From: a virus
Taxonomy: Duplodnaviria > Caudoviricetes
Reading direction: 5' to 3' (one strand)
DNA length: 58,566 bases
IMG/VR virus record: IMGVR_UViG_3300034106_000909
Location: 1-58,566 of that record
Notes under the pieces: generated by a model
The model's database searches: none
Seen by the model: the letters and a program-made list of their open reading frames with translations, nothing else
What the model was told of the DNA's origin: nothing
Made by a program: the position numbers and the translations under genes
Shown here: positions 27,051 to 38,200 of the stretch, piece after piece
Position numbering within the stretch: position 1 is the first letter of the stretch
Layout: each line of letters opens with the position of its first letter

Positions 27051-30000
27051 CGCACTCCAAACAATATGCCGTCAATATTTTGAATGGTATATGCAGCATT
27101 AAACCCACCTACAAAAACAGCAAAAGTTGTAGCTGTGGAGTAAGAATTGCTGGTAACACCAGCCCCGTTTGTCGCTAAGCCGAACACGCCAGAGTTTGTG
27201 TTGTACGCAACTTGTTCTCCATAGATAGCATCTCCCACGGCGCTGGCGTTAGCAAGCAAAAGAACGGCCAAGTCTTTGTTAGTGCCGCTACCTTGAGATT
27301 GCACGTTAATCACCGCCGCAATTTTATGCGAGGCAGTTTCTGGGGCTGGCATTGTGTAGTAGCCGACTAAGTACTGAGGGGGTGAGTTTATATAAGAACC
27401 AGAAAAACCATTCAAGTAGTACGGGCCGCTTGTTGTTGAGACTGGAACGCCTCCGCTAATCTCCACATAAATTCCGGAGAACGAATTTATCTTTACGGCT
27501 TTAAGCAGCGCACCAGTAACCTGACCAGAGCGGACTGTGAGTTGGTTGAACTCGGCGTCGCCGTTGCTGTCAATCTCCCACCCACTAGAACCCGACACAT
27601 AGTTAGCAGACCGTACATAATTTGTGCCAACACTACTACCACCAACCGTACCTGCGGTGATGTCACCGCCAAAAAACGCGCTGCCACTCTCCCCATCAAG
27701 TGCAAAAGTTGCTACGCCAGAAGAGTTAAACGCAGCCAATCCCCCAGCACTAAAACCAATGCCGTACCCGCCTGTCCTAGTTCCGGACGAATTCCACGTC
27801 AGTGTGCCTACAGACAAACCACCAGCACCCGCCAGTACGTTTTGTGCGTTGGAGTTGAGTTTATTGGCTAGCCCAGACACTGCTGCGTTGGCTGTGCCCT
27901 GAGCTGTGGACGCCGCACTGACTGCTGAGTTGGCTGTGCCCTGAGCCGTGGACGCTGCACTGACTGCTGAGTTGGCTGTGCCCTGAGCCGTGGACGCTGC
28001 ACTAGCAGCATTGTTTGCCGTGGTTACTAGCGTACTTGCAGCAGTACCGGCTACAGAGCCAGTAAAGTTCGCGGTGCCCGCGTTCAGAATAATGTTGCCG
28101 TCCGTGTCTCGAATGGACAATCCGTTGGCGTTGATTTGTGACGCAGTAAGCTGGCCACGAATAGACGCAGCGGCAAATTCGGCAGTTCCGTTACCGTCAA
28201 TTCTCCAGCCAGCAGACCCAGTAACAAAATCAGTGGACTGAATGTACTCTCCAACAGCAACAGAGCCAGCAGTCAGTTTGGCAACACCAAGGCTGACAAT
28301 TTTGGCGTCATCTACAGCCAAGTCAGCAATCTGCGCGTTTTGAATCGTAGCGTTCAGGATGTAACCAGCGTCAAAGTATATGCCTGCTGGAACATCTTGG
28401 CCATTGATCTGCGTTGGCACCGCCTGCACAGCGAGAGGGACTCGGCTGGATACCTGCCATGTCACCGAGCCATCTACGATCAATGTGCCGATGTTTCCGA
28501 CGGTGAGAGCGCCAGCGCCTGTCGAACCGCCGATTTTGCACACCAGAGTTTTGCTGTCTTGTCCAGCGACACGAGCAATAGCGCCTTGAGCGTACGCAGT
28601 GTTTGTAGTCCTAAGCGAAATAAGGCTCTGTGGTGTCGTGACCGCAAACCGACCTACGTTGGCAATAAACTCAGAAGTTGTTGCGCCAGCGTAAATACCA
28701 TATCCAGCTACGTTACCGTTAACGTCGAGCTTGATGGTGTACTGCAACTTCAAACCATCGTTGAGGGTTTTCTGTGCTGTGAATCGCTGCTCTAAAGTTG
28801 CAGAGTCTGCGCCGTCGCTGACGTTCACCTGTTTGACTGCCGTGGCTATGGGGATGCCTACATTCCATGTCCCGCCTGCGGCTTCGCAAGCAGCACGGTT
28901 TGTGTCGTCGGTAGCTAACCCGCCAATCGTGCAGTAGCCAATCTTGGTGGTCTCCACCGCTGAGATACTAGCGGCAACTGCTGTTACGGAACCTGTAATT
29001 TCAGCGTCGGGTGAATACACCCATGCAGAGCCAGACCAAAGGTACAGCTTGTTGCTGTCGTTGGTGTCGTACCAGACATCCCCAGTCAAGAGCGGAATAT
29101 CTGCAGAGTCTTCTGGGTCCACTCCGCGTTTAGTGGGTGCGTCAGCTGTGCGAAACACCTTGGACTGGACATCAGCGTAAGCACGCAAAAACGTGCCGCT
29201 CTGGGCGATGGCGTTCTCTGTGTCTGTTGCTGTGAGGTAATCGTTGGTAAGCGTGGCTGTTAGCGAAGTCACAGAACCTGTGATGGCTCCATCAGGAGAA
29301 TACACCCACGCAGAACCAGTCCACAAATACAGTTTATTCAGATCGTCGGTGTCAACCCAAACATCACCATTTTGCAGCGGGATGTCCAGTGAAGTGTCTG
29401 CGTCCACGCCACGTTTGGTTGGCGCAGTAGCTTGCCTGAATGTGCGAGAAGCCGATGTGTTTGTGTACGCCCTGAGAGCTGTCTTGCTGCTGGCAATGGC
29501 CGAGTTGACTGTAGCCGTCGTGGAGTAATCGTTGATAAGCGTAGCGCGTGTTGCTGGCAAACCAGTGTCAATGTTGTTGACCTGCGAATCCAGTTGCTCA
29601 AAAAGCAACGTAGTGGCTATGTCGTCTTCAATGCGTGTCTCACGCTCTATTTGCAAGTCCGCATGAAGTGTCGTAGTCTCGTTAAGAAAGTACGTGTTAA
29701 GCGTCAGAATGTCCTCAGCCAAGGCGCTGTCGGCGCTGGCTCTAGCAAGTTGTTCCCGCGTAATACTTCCGAAGTTGTCGGAGATGTCTGAGTCTGTGAT
29801 GTCCAGCCATTCAGTGCCTGTCCACTGGTACTGCTTGTACTTAGGTGTTGCGTACTCACCAGCAAAGTAGTCTGGGTTGTAGCTTATCCGCGTGTCCACC
29901 CAAATGTCGTTGACTGACGGACTTGTTGGGGCAGTAGTCTGCCTAGACACTTTAGTCTTGCTTGACGCTGTAGCTGCGACAACTGAGATGTCGCTTGCAA

Positions 30001-30976
30001 GGCCAGTGTCCGCAGTCGTACGCGCTGTTTTCTCGGAGAAGATCAACCCAGCTGTGACAGACGCCACGTCTGTGCCAGTGTAGGTTCCGCGCATCTGCGT
30101 AGCTAGGGCCTGACGCGAAGTGACTTCCCCGCCTAAATCAGTAGTAAGCGTGGCAATTTCTGATGTGTGAGCAGCAACAATATCGGCCAGCGACGAATAG
30201 TCGCCGATCTTGAGCCAGTACGTAGCGTTCGTTGGCAGGTTGCCAGTCGTGGTGCTTATAGCTTTGTACAGCCCGCCGTTGTACTTTACGATGTCGTCTG
30301 CGGCATAGGTGGTGCCGTTGTCGTAGTCTGGGTACGAAGTGATCGCATCAATCTGCCCTTGGATTTGAGCCAGCTGGTTTGGGATCGTTCCCGGAACAGC
30401 CGCAGAACCGTCAATCAAGTCGATCCGATTGTTCAAAGCTGTAGCCAACTGAGTCGTTGTTATTTGCCCAGCCAGAAGGCCAACGGTGTAAGTTACGTCA
30501 GAGCCAGTTGTAGCTGAGACGCCAACCAGTGCGTTGTACGGCCCGGGAGTGTTGTCTGTGTTGACAAACCGCACCCAGTAGTAACGTGTAGCACTAGGTC
30601 CAACCTCGTCGACGTAAATAGCCCCGGGCGACATGCCCAGAAGAACTGCTGCAGACTGCGAACTTGTGCTTGATCTCCACACCTCTGCGTAGGCATGGCC
30701 GACGTAGGCTGGGTTATCCCATGCAACGATGATGTTGCGAATTGCTGCGGTGGCTGTGACGGTTGTAGGAGGTGGCGGCGTGGCAACAAAAGTCGATGTC
30801 GGTCTGATAACCCCTGACCCATCCACAGTCGCAAGGCCTGAACTAGCCAAGTCGTTGGCAGTCAACAAACGATCTGGGCCAGAACCGGACACAAGCTCAC
30901 GCATGCGGTCAAGGAACGACCGCAAGTCGCGTGGAATATCAGACGTTACAAACGGCAGTTTTTTAGACACTGGCAA
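27047..30976 (-). CDS. Tail fibre / host-specificity protein
   Basis: 1309 aa; N-terminal Fn3-like YYWVRFVN; carbohydrate-binding-like module; coiled coils; DUF1983-like YTIKLDVNGNVAG. Confidence 0.8.
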   Translation of the reverse strand: MPVSKKLPFVTSDIPRDLRSFLDRMRELVSGSGPDRLLTANDLASSGLATVDGSGVIRPTSTFVATPPPPTTVTATAAIRNIIVAWDNPAYVGHAYAEVWRSSTSSQSAAVLLGMSPGAIYVDEVGPSATRYYWVRFVNTDNTPGPYNALVGVSATTGSDVTYTVGLLAGQITTTQLATALNNRIDLIDGSAAVPGTIPNQLAQIQGQIDAITSYPDYDNGTTYAADDIVKYNGGLYKAISTTTGNLPTNATYWLKIGDYSSLADIVAAHTSEIATLTTDLGGEVTSRQALATQMRGTYTGTDVASVTAGLIFSEKTARTTADTGLASDISVVAATASSKTKVSRQTTAPTSPSVNDIWVDTRISYNPDYFAGEYATPKYKQYQWTGTEWLDITDSDISDNFGSITREQLARASADSALAEDILTLNTYFLNETTTLHADLQIERETRIEDDIATTLLFEQLDSQVNNIDTGLPATRATLINDYSTTATVNSAIASSKTALRAYTNTSASRTFRQATAPTKRGVDADTSLDIPLQNGDVWVDTDDLNKLYLWTGSAWVYSPDGAITGSVTSLTATLTNDYLTATDTENAIAQSGTFLRAYADVQSKVFRTADAPTKRGVDPEDSADIPLLTGDVWYDTNDSNKLYLWSGSAWVYSPDAEITGSVTAVAASISAVETTKIGYCTIGGLATDDTNRAACEAAGGTWNVGIPIATAVKQVNVSDGADSATLEQRFTAQKTLNDGLKLQYTIKLDVNGNVAGYGIYAGATTSEFIANVGRFAVTTPQSLISLRTTNTAYAQGAIARVAGQDSKTLVCKIGGSTGAGALTVGNIGTLIVDGSVTWQVSSRVPLAVQAVPTQINGQDVPAGIYFDAGYILNATIQNAQIADLAVDDAKIVSLGVAKLTAGSVAVGEYIQSTDFVTGSAGWRIDGNGTAEFAAASIRGQLTASQINANGLSIRDTDGNIILNAGTANFTGSVAGTAASTLVTTANNAASAASTAQGTANSAVSAASTAQGTANSAVSAASTAQGTANAAVSGLANKLNSNAQNVLAGAGGLSVGTLTWNSSGTRTGGYGIGFSAGGLAAFNSSGVATFALDGESGSAFFGGDITAGTVGGSSVGTNYVRSANYVSGSSGWEIDSNGDAEFNQLTVRSGQVTGALLKAVKINSFSGIYVEISGGVPVSTTSGPYYLNGFSGSYINSPPQYLVGYYTMPAPETASHKIAAVINVQSQGSGTNKDLAVLLLANASAVGDAIYGEQVAYNTNSGVFGLATNGAGVTSNSYSTATTFAVFVGGFNAAYTIQNIDGILFGVR
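27879..28003. repeat. Three tandem 42-bp repeats in the tail fibre gene (SAASTAQGTANSAV)
   Basis: Near-identical units at 27879, 27921 and 27963. Confidence 0.9.
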
Positions 30977-32582
30977 GCTCCTGCATAGATTGCGCTGTAG
31001 CTACTGAGAATACCTCAGTGTTGCCTTCAATGCGGAACTCCCAGTCACGACCAACTGCTACAGGCAGTCTAAATGGCATACGGTTTGCCACAGTCTGCGT
31101 ATGCACAAGCGACCCGTTGACGTAGTATTTCGCTGTGACCGGATAAGCCTCAGCCTCCACCTGCGAGCACGAGTACGACATGTCGTACGGCATGGTGAAT
31201 TTCTTGGAAGTCCAGATGTAGCTGAGCGCTGACCCAGCCTGCCACACTTTGATAGAGCGGTCTGCAAATGCAAGGAACAGCTTGTCGTTAACAAGGTCCG
31301 TGTAGCCAGCAGTGGCGTAAATGTTGTGTAAGGTGAACTGACCTGTGAGCAGATCGTAGATGAAACCGCCTGTCGTCGCCCCGGTGTCGTAGAACGCCAC
31401 GTACTTGCGGTCGTGCATGTAGGCATGGATTGACGATGGGTTGAACAGCGCCTGCCACTGGGCGTAGGTGAACGCACTCTCAGACACGAGTTTGGAGCCG
31501 CCAGAGTTCAACATCACAAGGCCGTCTGGGCTGGCGTACATCACTACGCCATTGGCGCTCACAATGCTGCGCTTAGACGCACAGGCCTGATCCAGATCAG
31601 ATTTGACCACCACCATGGAGTCGGGGTGGCTACCTTGCAGGAAATACGGCGTTCCCGTTGTCATCACAGCAAGAGTTGTATCCATGCGCCCAAGACCCAC
31701 TACAGGAAAGTCAATGGTTTGGTTGTACGCCACGGGCCATGCGTGCGGGTGGTAAGGGTCACAGAAATAGATGTCCCGGCCCACGAAGCCAGCCATGATG
31801 CCGTTGGGCAAGTTGGTAAGTCCCTTGAGCGTTGCCGGAGGTGGAAGCCATGTCAAGCTCGGGATTTCTTCGCCGAGGTTTTCCGCCAAAACTGCGTCTG
31901 TGTAACTGCTGGTGCCGATTGCAATCTCGGCAACGAACAAGTACGTACCGGATACGGAGCGGTAGATGCGTCTGTGGGTGGCGGTGTACCCAGAAGGAAC
32001 TGTGTCAAAGTTGGACACCGCAACGGTCTCACCCACTTTCACATCAATACTTGCCGAGGCTGGTGCTGGGGCAGACTCAAAGTCGTAACCAGATTCTTTG
32101 TTGACCAGCGTATAGGTATAAACCCTAGTTTCAGCCAAAGCTGTTGCATCGACGGGGGTGCCGCCAAGAGTCAAGAGCGCAATCGTTGTAGGGGCTGGTA
32201 TGCCCAATGGGCGTGACACCGTGGGGTAGTCCGACCCAGACAAAGCAAGTGTGGAGTACGTCGCCTTTGGCAGCGTGCCGTCAGTGTAGAACGTCCACTC
32301 CGAGGTGTCACCAGAAATCTGGCCACGGCAGACGTTTACATCGGTAGTCCAGTGGAACCAGTACTGCGTTGTGGAGATGATGTCTTGGCCAAAGCGGTAG
32401 ATGGTCAGGGGCGTACCAGCCTTGGTCAGCGTAGCAACAGTGGTGCCAGCGCCAATCAATGGTTGCAAAGAGCCGTTGAACACAGCGCAGTTGCTTGCTA
32501 CCTGAGCCGCAGTGTCCGGGAGATAGCGTGGCGGTACTTTGGGCGAGATGCCACCAAAAGACTTGATCGGGATAACGGCCAT
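30963..32582 (-). CDS. Tail tube/nozzle (P22 gp10-like DNA stabilisation) protein
   Basis: Start MAVIPIKSFGGISP after GAGG RBS; beta-propeller-like; PHAWP motif. Confidence 0.7.
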   Translation of the reverse strand: MAVIPIKSFGGISPKVPPRYLPDTAAQVASNCAVFNGSLQPLIGAGTTVATLTKAGTPLTIYRFGQDIISTTQYWFHWTTDVNVCRGQISGDTSEWTFYTDGTLPKATYSTLALSGSDYPTVSRPLGIPAPTTIALLTLGGTPVDATALAETRVYTYTLVNKESGYDFESAPAPASASIDVKVGETVAVSNFDTVPSGYTATHRRIYRSVSGTYLFVAEIAIGTSSYTDAVLAENLGEEIPSLTWLPPPATLKGLTNLPNGIMAGFVGRDIYFCDPYHPHAWPVAYNQTIDFPVVGLGRMDTTLAVMTTGTPYFLQGSHPDSMVVVKSDLDQACASKRSIVSANGVVMYASPDGLVMLNSGGSKLVSESAFTYAQWQALFNPSSIHAYMHDRKYVAFYDTGATTGGFIYDLLTGQFTLHNIYATAGYTDLVNDKLFLAFADRSIKVWQAGSALSYIWTSKKFTMPYDMSYSCSQVEAEAYPVTAKYYVNGSLVHTQTVANRMPFRLPVAVGRDWEFRIEGNTEVFSVATAQSMQELASV

Positions 32583-32595
32583 GATGATTTCCTCA

Positions 32596-33228
32596 CTAGG
32601 CCAGATTGTAATTGGGATCACCCAGTAGAGCCAGTGCCTGATTTGTGTGCAAGATGCGGTCATCCAGACCAATCGTGCCGCCGTTGATCTTCTTGGTCAG
32701 AGCCAAGTTGTTGCCAGACTCGGCCAAAGCGTTCAGCTTCTGAGTGTCCCAGAACCACCCGGCAGTCATGGCAGCGTACTGGGGAGTGGCCACAAGGTCT
32801 GGCTCCATAATGAAGTCCACGCCAAGCGCTTGGCCTGCATGAAAATAGTTTGCCGACCCAGTCAACTGGATGCAACCACGACCGCGAAAACGAAAGCCAT
32901 CACCAGAAGCCTCATCCCGATTGCCCATGCGGTTGCCATAAATCCGGTTTGCAATTTTCTTTGGTTGTCGTTCATATGCAGCGGCCTCTTCAGGCGTGAA
33001 GCCCCATGTGCGCTTGGGCGTGCGCGGAAATAGTTTGAGCAGTGTTGCCGCTCTGTAGTTCAGGTTCTCCTCCAGCACACGAAAGTTGCCGCACTCATGG
33101 CCGCACTGGCCTATGAACGCAGCCTGCTGGCGGGGCGTCAGGATGTTGAACCGCTCAAAGGTGGCGTTTAGCGCATCAGCCCACTGAGGGCCAATGTGCA
33201 ACTTCTGGAGTTGGTCAGCGTTGAGCAT
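32596..33228 (-). CDS. Endolysin, glycoside hydrolase family 19
   Basis: FIGQCGHE...FRGRGCIQLTG..NY...INGG..GL..R. Confidence 0.92.
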   Translation of the reverse strand: MLNADQLQKLHIGPQWADALNATFERFNILTPRQQAAFIGQCGHECGNFRVLEENLNYRAATLLKLFPRTPKRTWGFTPEEAAAYERQPKKIANRIYGNRMGNRDEASGDGFRFRGRGCIQLTGSANYFHAGQALGVDFIMEPDLVATPQYAAMTAGWFWDTQKLNALAESGNNLALTKKINGGTIGLDDRILHTNQALALLGDPNYNLA

Positions 33229-33727
33229 TGATGATGTTCCTCATGTTGTCGTACGCGTCGATGCACGAGTTTAATTGGTTGATTGCCTTGTCCCCATCGG
33301 CGGCAATCTGTGCAATTAGTTGGAGGGTTTGGCGCTCGGACTCGCTGGCACCAGTATCTGGGTCAGGCGCTCGGTCAGGTTGGCTTGGCGCTTGGTTGCT
33401 ATCTCCGCTGGCAACGGGGGCACTTGGGGCGGCTTGTACGCAACTTGCGGAGGGGAGGCGCACCCTGCCAGCAGCGATGAGGCGATTAAGATCAGTTTGC
33501 TTTTTGTTGACAACATCATTGGCCTTTCTCAGTTCGGTTTCTTTGTCGGCGACAGCCTTGGTCATCGCCTGCTCTTTTTCACGAGCCTCTTCGTTCTTTT
33601 TGGCGATCTGTGCCTGCATTTCAGCATCACGGTCGCCCCAGCCACTGTTGTAGCCGTACTTGTAGATTCCAAAGATGACAAGCAGCGCCAGCAGCACTGC
33701 TATACCTGTACGCTGTATGGAGGTCAT
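33215..33727 (-). CDS. Rz: Inner-membrane spanin (Rz-like)
   Basis: N-terminal TM, coiled coil, C-terminal QLNSC; adjacent to the endolysin. Confidence 0.85.
   Translation of the reverse strand: MTSIQRTGIAVLLALLVIFGIYKYGYNSGWGDRDAEMQAQIAKKNEEAREKEQAMTKAVADKETELRKANDVVNKKQTDLNRLIAAGRVRLPSASCVQAAPSAPVASGDSNQAPSQPDRAPDPDTGASESERQTLQLIAQIAADGDKAINQLNSCIDAYDNMRNIINAQR
33316..33519 (-). CDS. Rz1: Outer-membrane lipoprotein spanin (Rz1-like), embedded in Rz
   Basis: Signal peptide with lipobox LAGC; Pro-rich; alternate frame wholly inside Rz. Confidence 0.82.
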   Translation of the reverse strand: MMLSTKSKLILIASSLLAGCASPPQVAYKPPQVPPLPAEIATKRQANLTERLTQILVPASPSAKPSN

Positions 33728-34257
33728 AATGCTTCCTTGCGGGCTTCGGCGATTTCTGCGCGGTCCTCTTCAGGTTCTTGGTGCTCTGGCGGTGTTGTCG
33801 GCGGTGGACCGGGAGTCCAGCTCTCGTCCAGCTCAGGATTCTTCCACACAGGCATAGCGCCAAAAGGCTGGCTTGGCAAGCCGTACGCAGACTGTGGAGG
33901 CGCATAACTGCTGTTACCGTACCCACCCCCCATGGAGTGGCACATCGGCTGTCGTGGGGGCTGCGGTGCAAACGCTCTGGCTGCGGTAGACATAGCCCGC
34001 TTACCGATCACACCACCAATACCACCTACTATCAACAACACAATGTCGTTGAGCATCTTGGTGTAGGCTTGGTCGATAGGAGCCATCGACTTAATTGGCT
34101 GCGTTACAAATGTTACGGAGTACAGCAACGCCGTCACAATGCCGAACAAAATGACCGTCACAGCCACTACTACGAACGCCCAGATGCGGACTTCCAGTAG
34201 CGCGGTTTCCTCTTCAACGGACCGGAGTTGGCTCGGAGGTTGGTTTGGTTTGGTCAA
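33724..34257 (-). CDS. Two-TM membrane protein, holin candidate
   Basis: Two hydrophobic helices and a Pro-rich tail; probable TTG start after GGAG. Confidence 0.6.
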   Translation of the reverse strand: MTKPNQPPSQLRSVEEETALLEVRIWAFVVVAVTVILFGIVTALLYSVTFVTQPIKSMAPIDQAYTKMLNDIVLLIVGGIGGVIGKRAMSTAARAFAPQPPRQPMCHSMGGGYGNSSYAPPQSAYGLPSQPFGAMPVWKNPELDESWTPGPPPTTPPEHQEPEEDRAEIAEARKEAL

Positions 34258-34426
34258 TTTGCTTCTCCAAGATTGGGGCGACAAGGTACTCAGGGCAAGT
34301 TTGCGTAAACTGGCAGCGAGGCTTTTGGCATCGTTCAGCATGGAAGTTGTCCGGGTTTTGGCAATAGTAGCGGTACTGCTCGTCGCAACCGACCAGCAAC
34401 AGCAGAGGCAGCATCAGTTTCCACAT
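34214..34426 (-). CDS. Cys-rich lipoprotein
   Basis: GGAGG RBS; lipobox LVGC; YRYYCQNP...C...C...CP. Confidence 0.78.
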   Translation of the reverse strand: MWKLMLPLLLLVGCDEQYRYYCQNPDNFHAERCQKPRCQFTQTCPEYLVAPILEKQIDQTKPTSEPTPVR

Positions 34427-34443
34427 TTAAGCCTCCAAAGGTT

Positions 34444-34893
34444 TTATTTACGGATGTAGGTCATGTAGATAACAATGCCGTAGACAATCAACGCCGTCAA
34501 GATAACGGCGGCTACTCCAATTACAGCGTACTCAACTAGTTCTTGCATGCGCTGTTTGCGCAAGATAGCGGCCCGGGCAGCAGCTTCTTTGGCTTCCCGG
34601 CGTTGCCGAGCAGCTTGAGCTTGGAACTTCTGCCAATCACCCCACATACCGGGACGGCCAGCGTAGACCATGCGCTCACGCAGCTCTTCCTCTTGCTGCT
34701 TGAGTTGCTCAAGCGCCATAAATTCTTCAAGGTCGGAACCGCCACCTTTTTTGGTGACGTTCTCTTGAATCTTGGCCTTGTTGTCAAAGTAGTCAAAGAC
34801 CCGTGAGCCGAGCTGGTGCAGCTCCTTGCCGTTTGCCAGTGCGCCTTTGATTACTGCGAAGGCTGCGTTCGCCGCTGCAATTTCTGCAATCAT
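34444..34893 (-). CDS. Membrane-anchored protein (C-terminal TM)
   Basis: GAGG RBS; coiled coil followed by a hydrophobic C-terminus. Confidence 0.75.
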   Translation of the reverse strand: MIAEIAAANAAFAVIKGALANGKELHQLGSRVFDYFDNKAKIQENVTKKGGGSDLEEFMALEQLKQQEEELRERMVYAGRPGMWGDWQKFQAQAARQRREAKEAAARAAILRKQRMQELVEYAVIGVAAVILTALIVYGIVIYMTYIRK

Positions 34894-34982
34894 CGCAATA
34901 CCTCAATAAAAACCTTGGCGCACCAGATTACCATACCAATAAGTAGGACCGCAGCAAGGAAGCTAACGGCCCAGTCTTTCAT
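34890..34982 (-). CDS. 30-aa single-TM peptide
   Basis: MKDWAVSFLAAVLLIGMVIWCAKVFIEVLR; ATGA overlap. Confidence 0.55.
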   Translation of the reverse strand: MKDWAVSFLAAVLLIGMVIWCAKVFIEVLR

Positions 34983-34984
34983 GG

Positions 34985-35188
34985 TCAGAGCCCGAAAAGC
35001 TTTTTGACCAGCTCAGCCGCAACACCGGGGCCAAGCAGCACAGCAGCGATCACAGCGTAGAGCAGATACTCGATCTTCGCCATCCGTTTGGAGCCCGACT
35101 CAAAAGACTTTTGGATGCCCTCATAACGATGGGCGCAAACTTGTTCGTGCGTTGTCAATCTAGCCTCCGTTGCGTCAACCGTGTTCAT
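34985..35188 (-). CDS. XhlA-like coiled-coil/TM protein
   Basis: RLTTHEQVCAHRY...C-terminal TM; GGAG RBS. Confidence 0.7.
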   Translation of the reverse strand: MNTVDATEARLTTHEQVCAHRYEGIQKSFESGSKRMAKIEYLLYAVIAAVLLGPGVAAELVKKLFGL

Positions 35189-35203
35189 GTACTGCTCCAA
35201 AAA

Positions 35204-38200
35204 TCAGAAAAAGGATAAAAAACCAACCGCGTTGATGAAGAACCAGCCAAGGTTGTTGCCAGCGTTGACGTTGCCGTTAGAGGTAAACGCTTGGAATCTG
35301 GCCCCGCCTGTCGCCGCGCTGTCTTTCAGAGTGACATAGCTGACGTCACTGACCCCACTGGCTGCAGACAGTGTAGCTCGTGAACCGTTCACCGTACTCT
35401 GCAAAAACTTTTGATTCGTGCCCGACGTAGCAATAGAGCCGACTGTGTTTGTCGTGCCGTTCTTTAGCTTAAGCGTCCCGTTGGTCAGCGTAAGCGCCCG
35501 GGTAGAACCAAGCGTCAACGCATCAGTGCAGGTCCACGTTCCGCCGATACCATCAAAAGTGATGGTGTTGTTAATTGTTACGCCGTTGCTAGTGATGGTC
35601 TGTGATGTCGTGGCAACAAAAGTCCATCCGTTTGATCCGCCTGTAACAGTCATGCCTGTTGACAGCACAAGATCGCCGTAAATTTGCGGAGAAATGTCGC
35701 CAAGTGTTGAACCAGAAAACCCGGTGAAGTCTAGCGTCCTGTAAAACCGATTGGCGGTGCCAAGGCTTACGATGTCCGCCCCGGATTTGATGTAAAAATC
35801 AACTATGTTTGCAGCAGAAGGATCGACGTTTGGACCTGTTATGGTGCGAGTTTCCCCAGACACGCCGACTCCAGTAAGCTCGACCGTTCTGGTTCCGGTA
35901 ACCGTAAGCCCGGTTGCTGTTCCTGAAGTCCAAACTGTTTGGTCTCTGCCTGTAAGAACTATCTTGCCAGTGCCAAAGTTAATTGCTCTTGTGTTGCTAT
36001 TACTTGTGCCGACGTTGTTACAAGTCAGTGTGTAACTTCCGAGGTTCAGCGTGCCGGTAGTCAGCCCTAAAGCTGCGGACATAGTTAAATTATCTTGCAA
36101 AGTCCAAGCGCCGCCAACGCCGTTAAAAGTGACTCCGCCGGGGAACGAGCCACCGTTTGAGGTGATTGTTTTTGTGCCAGATGTGGCAGCAAATGTAGCC
36201 GTACCCGAGCCGCCTGTTGCGGTAGCACCGCCAAAGTTCCAGTTCCCAAAAATAAAAATTGAATTTGAAAAAAAGACCGTGCCAGTGAATCCTGTGAAAT
36301 TCACGTTTCTATACGCGCCTTGCGTTGTGGACAGGTTAATTGTGTCTGCGCCAGCCGTTACATCTACGCTGATGGCATTGGACTCACCGGCTGCGCCAAA
36401 AACTGTGCCCCGACTGGTTCCAAACGGAACGTCAGCTGTAAGTCGAATCAGCGGGTTAGTCCCAGTGACCGTCAAGTTAGTTGCGATACTTGTTGAAAAC
36501 ACAGTCGCAGTTGTGCCAGTTAAATCTATCTTGCCAGTTGTTCCAAACGCTAGTGTTCTTACGTTGCTGTTGCTTGAACTAAAAATACCCGCAGTCAGCG
36601 TGTATCCCGCCAAGTTCAGCGTGCCGTTGGTTAAGGTAAGAGTTGCTGTTGATGGAATCGTCAAAGCATCTTGCAAAGTAAAAGTACTTCCGACGCCGTT
36701 AAAAGCTACGTTCCCGTCGATTGTTTTGCCGTTGCTGGTAATTGTCTTTGTTCCAGATGCGCCTAAAAAACTTATAGACAAACCAGATGTGGAAAAAGTT
36801 GACACGGACGACAACACCAAAGAGCCGTAAAAACTCGGCGAACCCCCAGAGACCGTACCGCCAAAGCCTGCGAAATCAACAGTTCCATACGAACGAGCGC
36901 CGTTTGGGTTAAACCCGTCTGTTCCCGCAAGAATGTAGTGGTCGCAAATGTTAACGCCTTCAACTGTTGTAGCTGTGCCGGGGCCGGAAATCTGTCGAAG
37001 TCCGACACTTCCGCTGTAGCTGTACTCAACGCGTTTGCTGCCTGTGATTGTTAAGTTGGTTCCGTTGTCTGTGTTGAACACCGTAGAACTGCTGCCAGCC
37101 AAAACCATCTTGCCAGTGCCAAAAGCCAGCGTCCGAACTCCAGTGCTAGAGCCGTTGAATTGGTTGGCGCTCAACACGTTATTGTTCAGGTCAAGCGTAC
37201 CCTGCTGAAGCGTCACCAAGTTGGTGGTTGTCAGGTTGCCTGAAAGCCGAACAATGTTGGTTGTTGATCCGTTGCAGTTGATAGGGAACGTGAGGACATC
37301 CCCATTGGTGGTGATGGTTTGTGTTGCGCCGTACCCTTGGAAGTACCAAGTGCCTGTTCCGGTTATCGTTGCTACAGATGGAACGGTGTAACTACCAACA
37401 ACAAAGGGTGTAACTGTTCCTGAAGCTAAGGTAAAAGCAGTGGTTCTTGTGCTGGCGTCTATGGTCCCAATAAACCAGTTATCGTTAAAAGTAATAGTGT
37501 TACCGGCGGTTAAGCCAGTGTCTTCAATAATGGCAGTATCTTGCGCTAAAGGAAAGTTGTTAGTGCTAGTTGCGCCACCAGAAGTTAAAGCCCAAGCAGT
37601 TGTTTGTGTCCAGTTACCGCTTGAAGCAAGGTTCCAATATTTGTTTACTCCCGCAGCAAAGGTGATGTTGCTGTTGCCGCCAGCGTTACCTAAGCGAGTG
37701 CCAGACCAAGTACCTGACGCACCAGCCGCAGTGATGTCCCTAAAGTCCACATCAGCAAGAGTTGCTATCGTAGCAACGGTAAGCGTCACGGGCGTGCCTA
37801 TTCCAAGGCCTGTTGGTGTCACCGAAAAAACGTGAACCCTACGAATAGGGGTGTTTGCCGCACCTAAAGTAAGTGTTCCTGTAATTGTTTGGCTTGAGCT
37901 AAATATTACACGTCTAATGCCAGTTGCAGTAACGCTTGTTTGCGTCAAATTGTTGAACGTGTTTACGCCTTGAATGGTAGTTGTACCGCCATTAGTGCCG
38001 CTAAACGTGACGTTGTTAAAAGTCTGTCCGTTACCGTTAATTAACGGGCTTGTTGCACTACAAGTGATCGTGGATGTGCCAGCATTGAACGTCAGTCCGG
38101 TTGGGTTAGCAATGTTTATGCACGTTGACGCAGTAACAGTTACAGCCGAAGCGTTAAGAGAAATTGATCGTGTGGCTGTGCCGCTTGTTGACAACGCACC

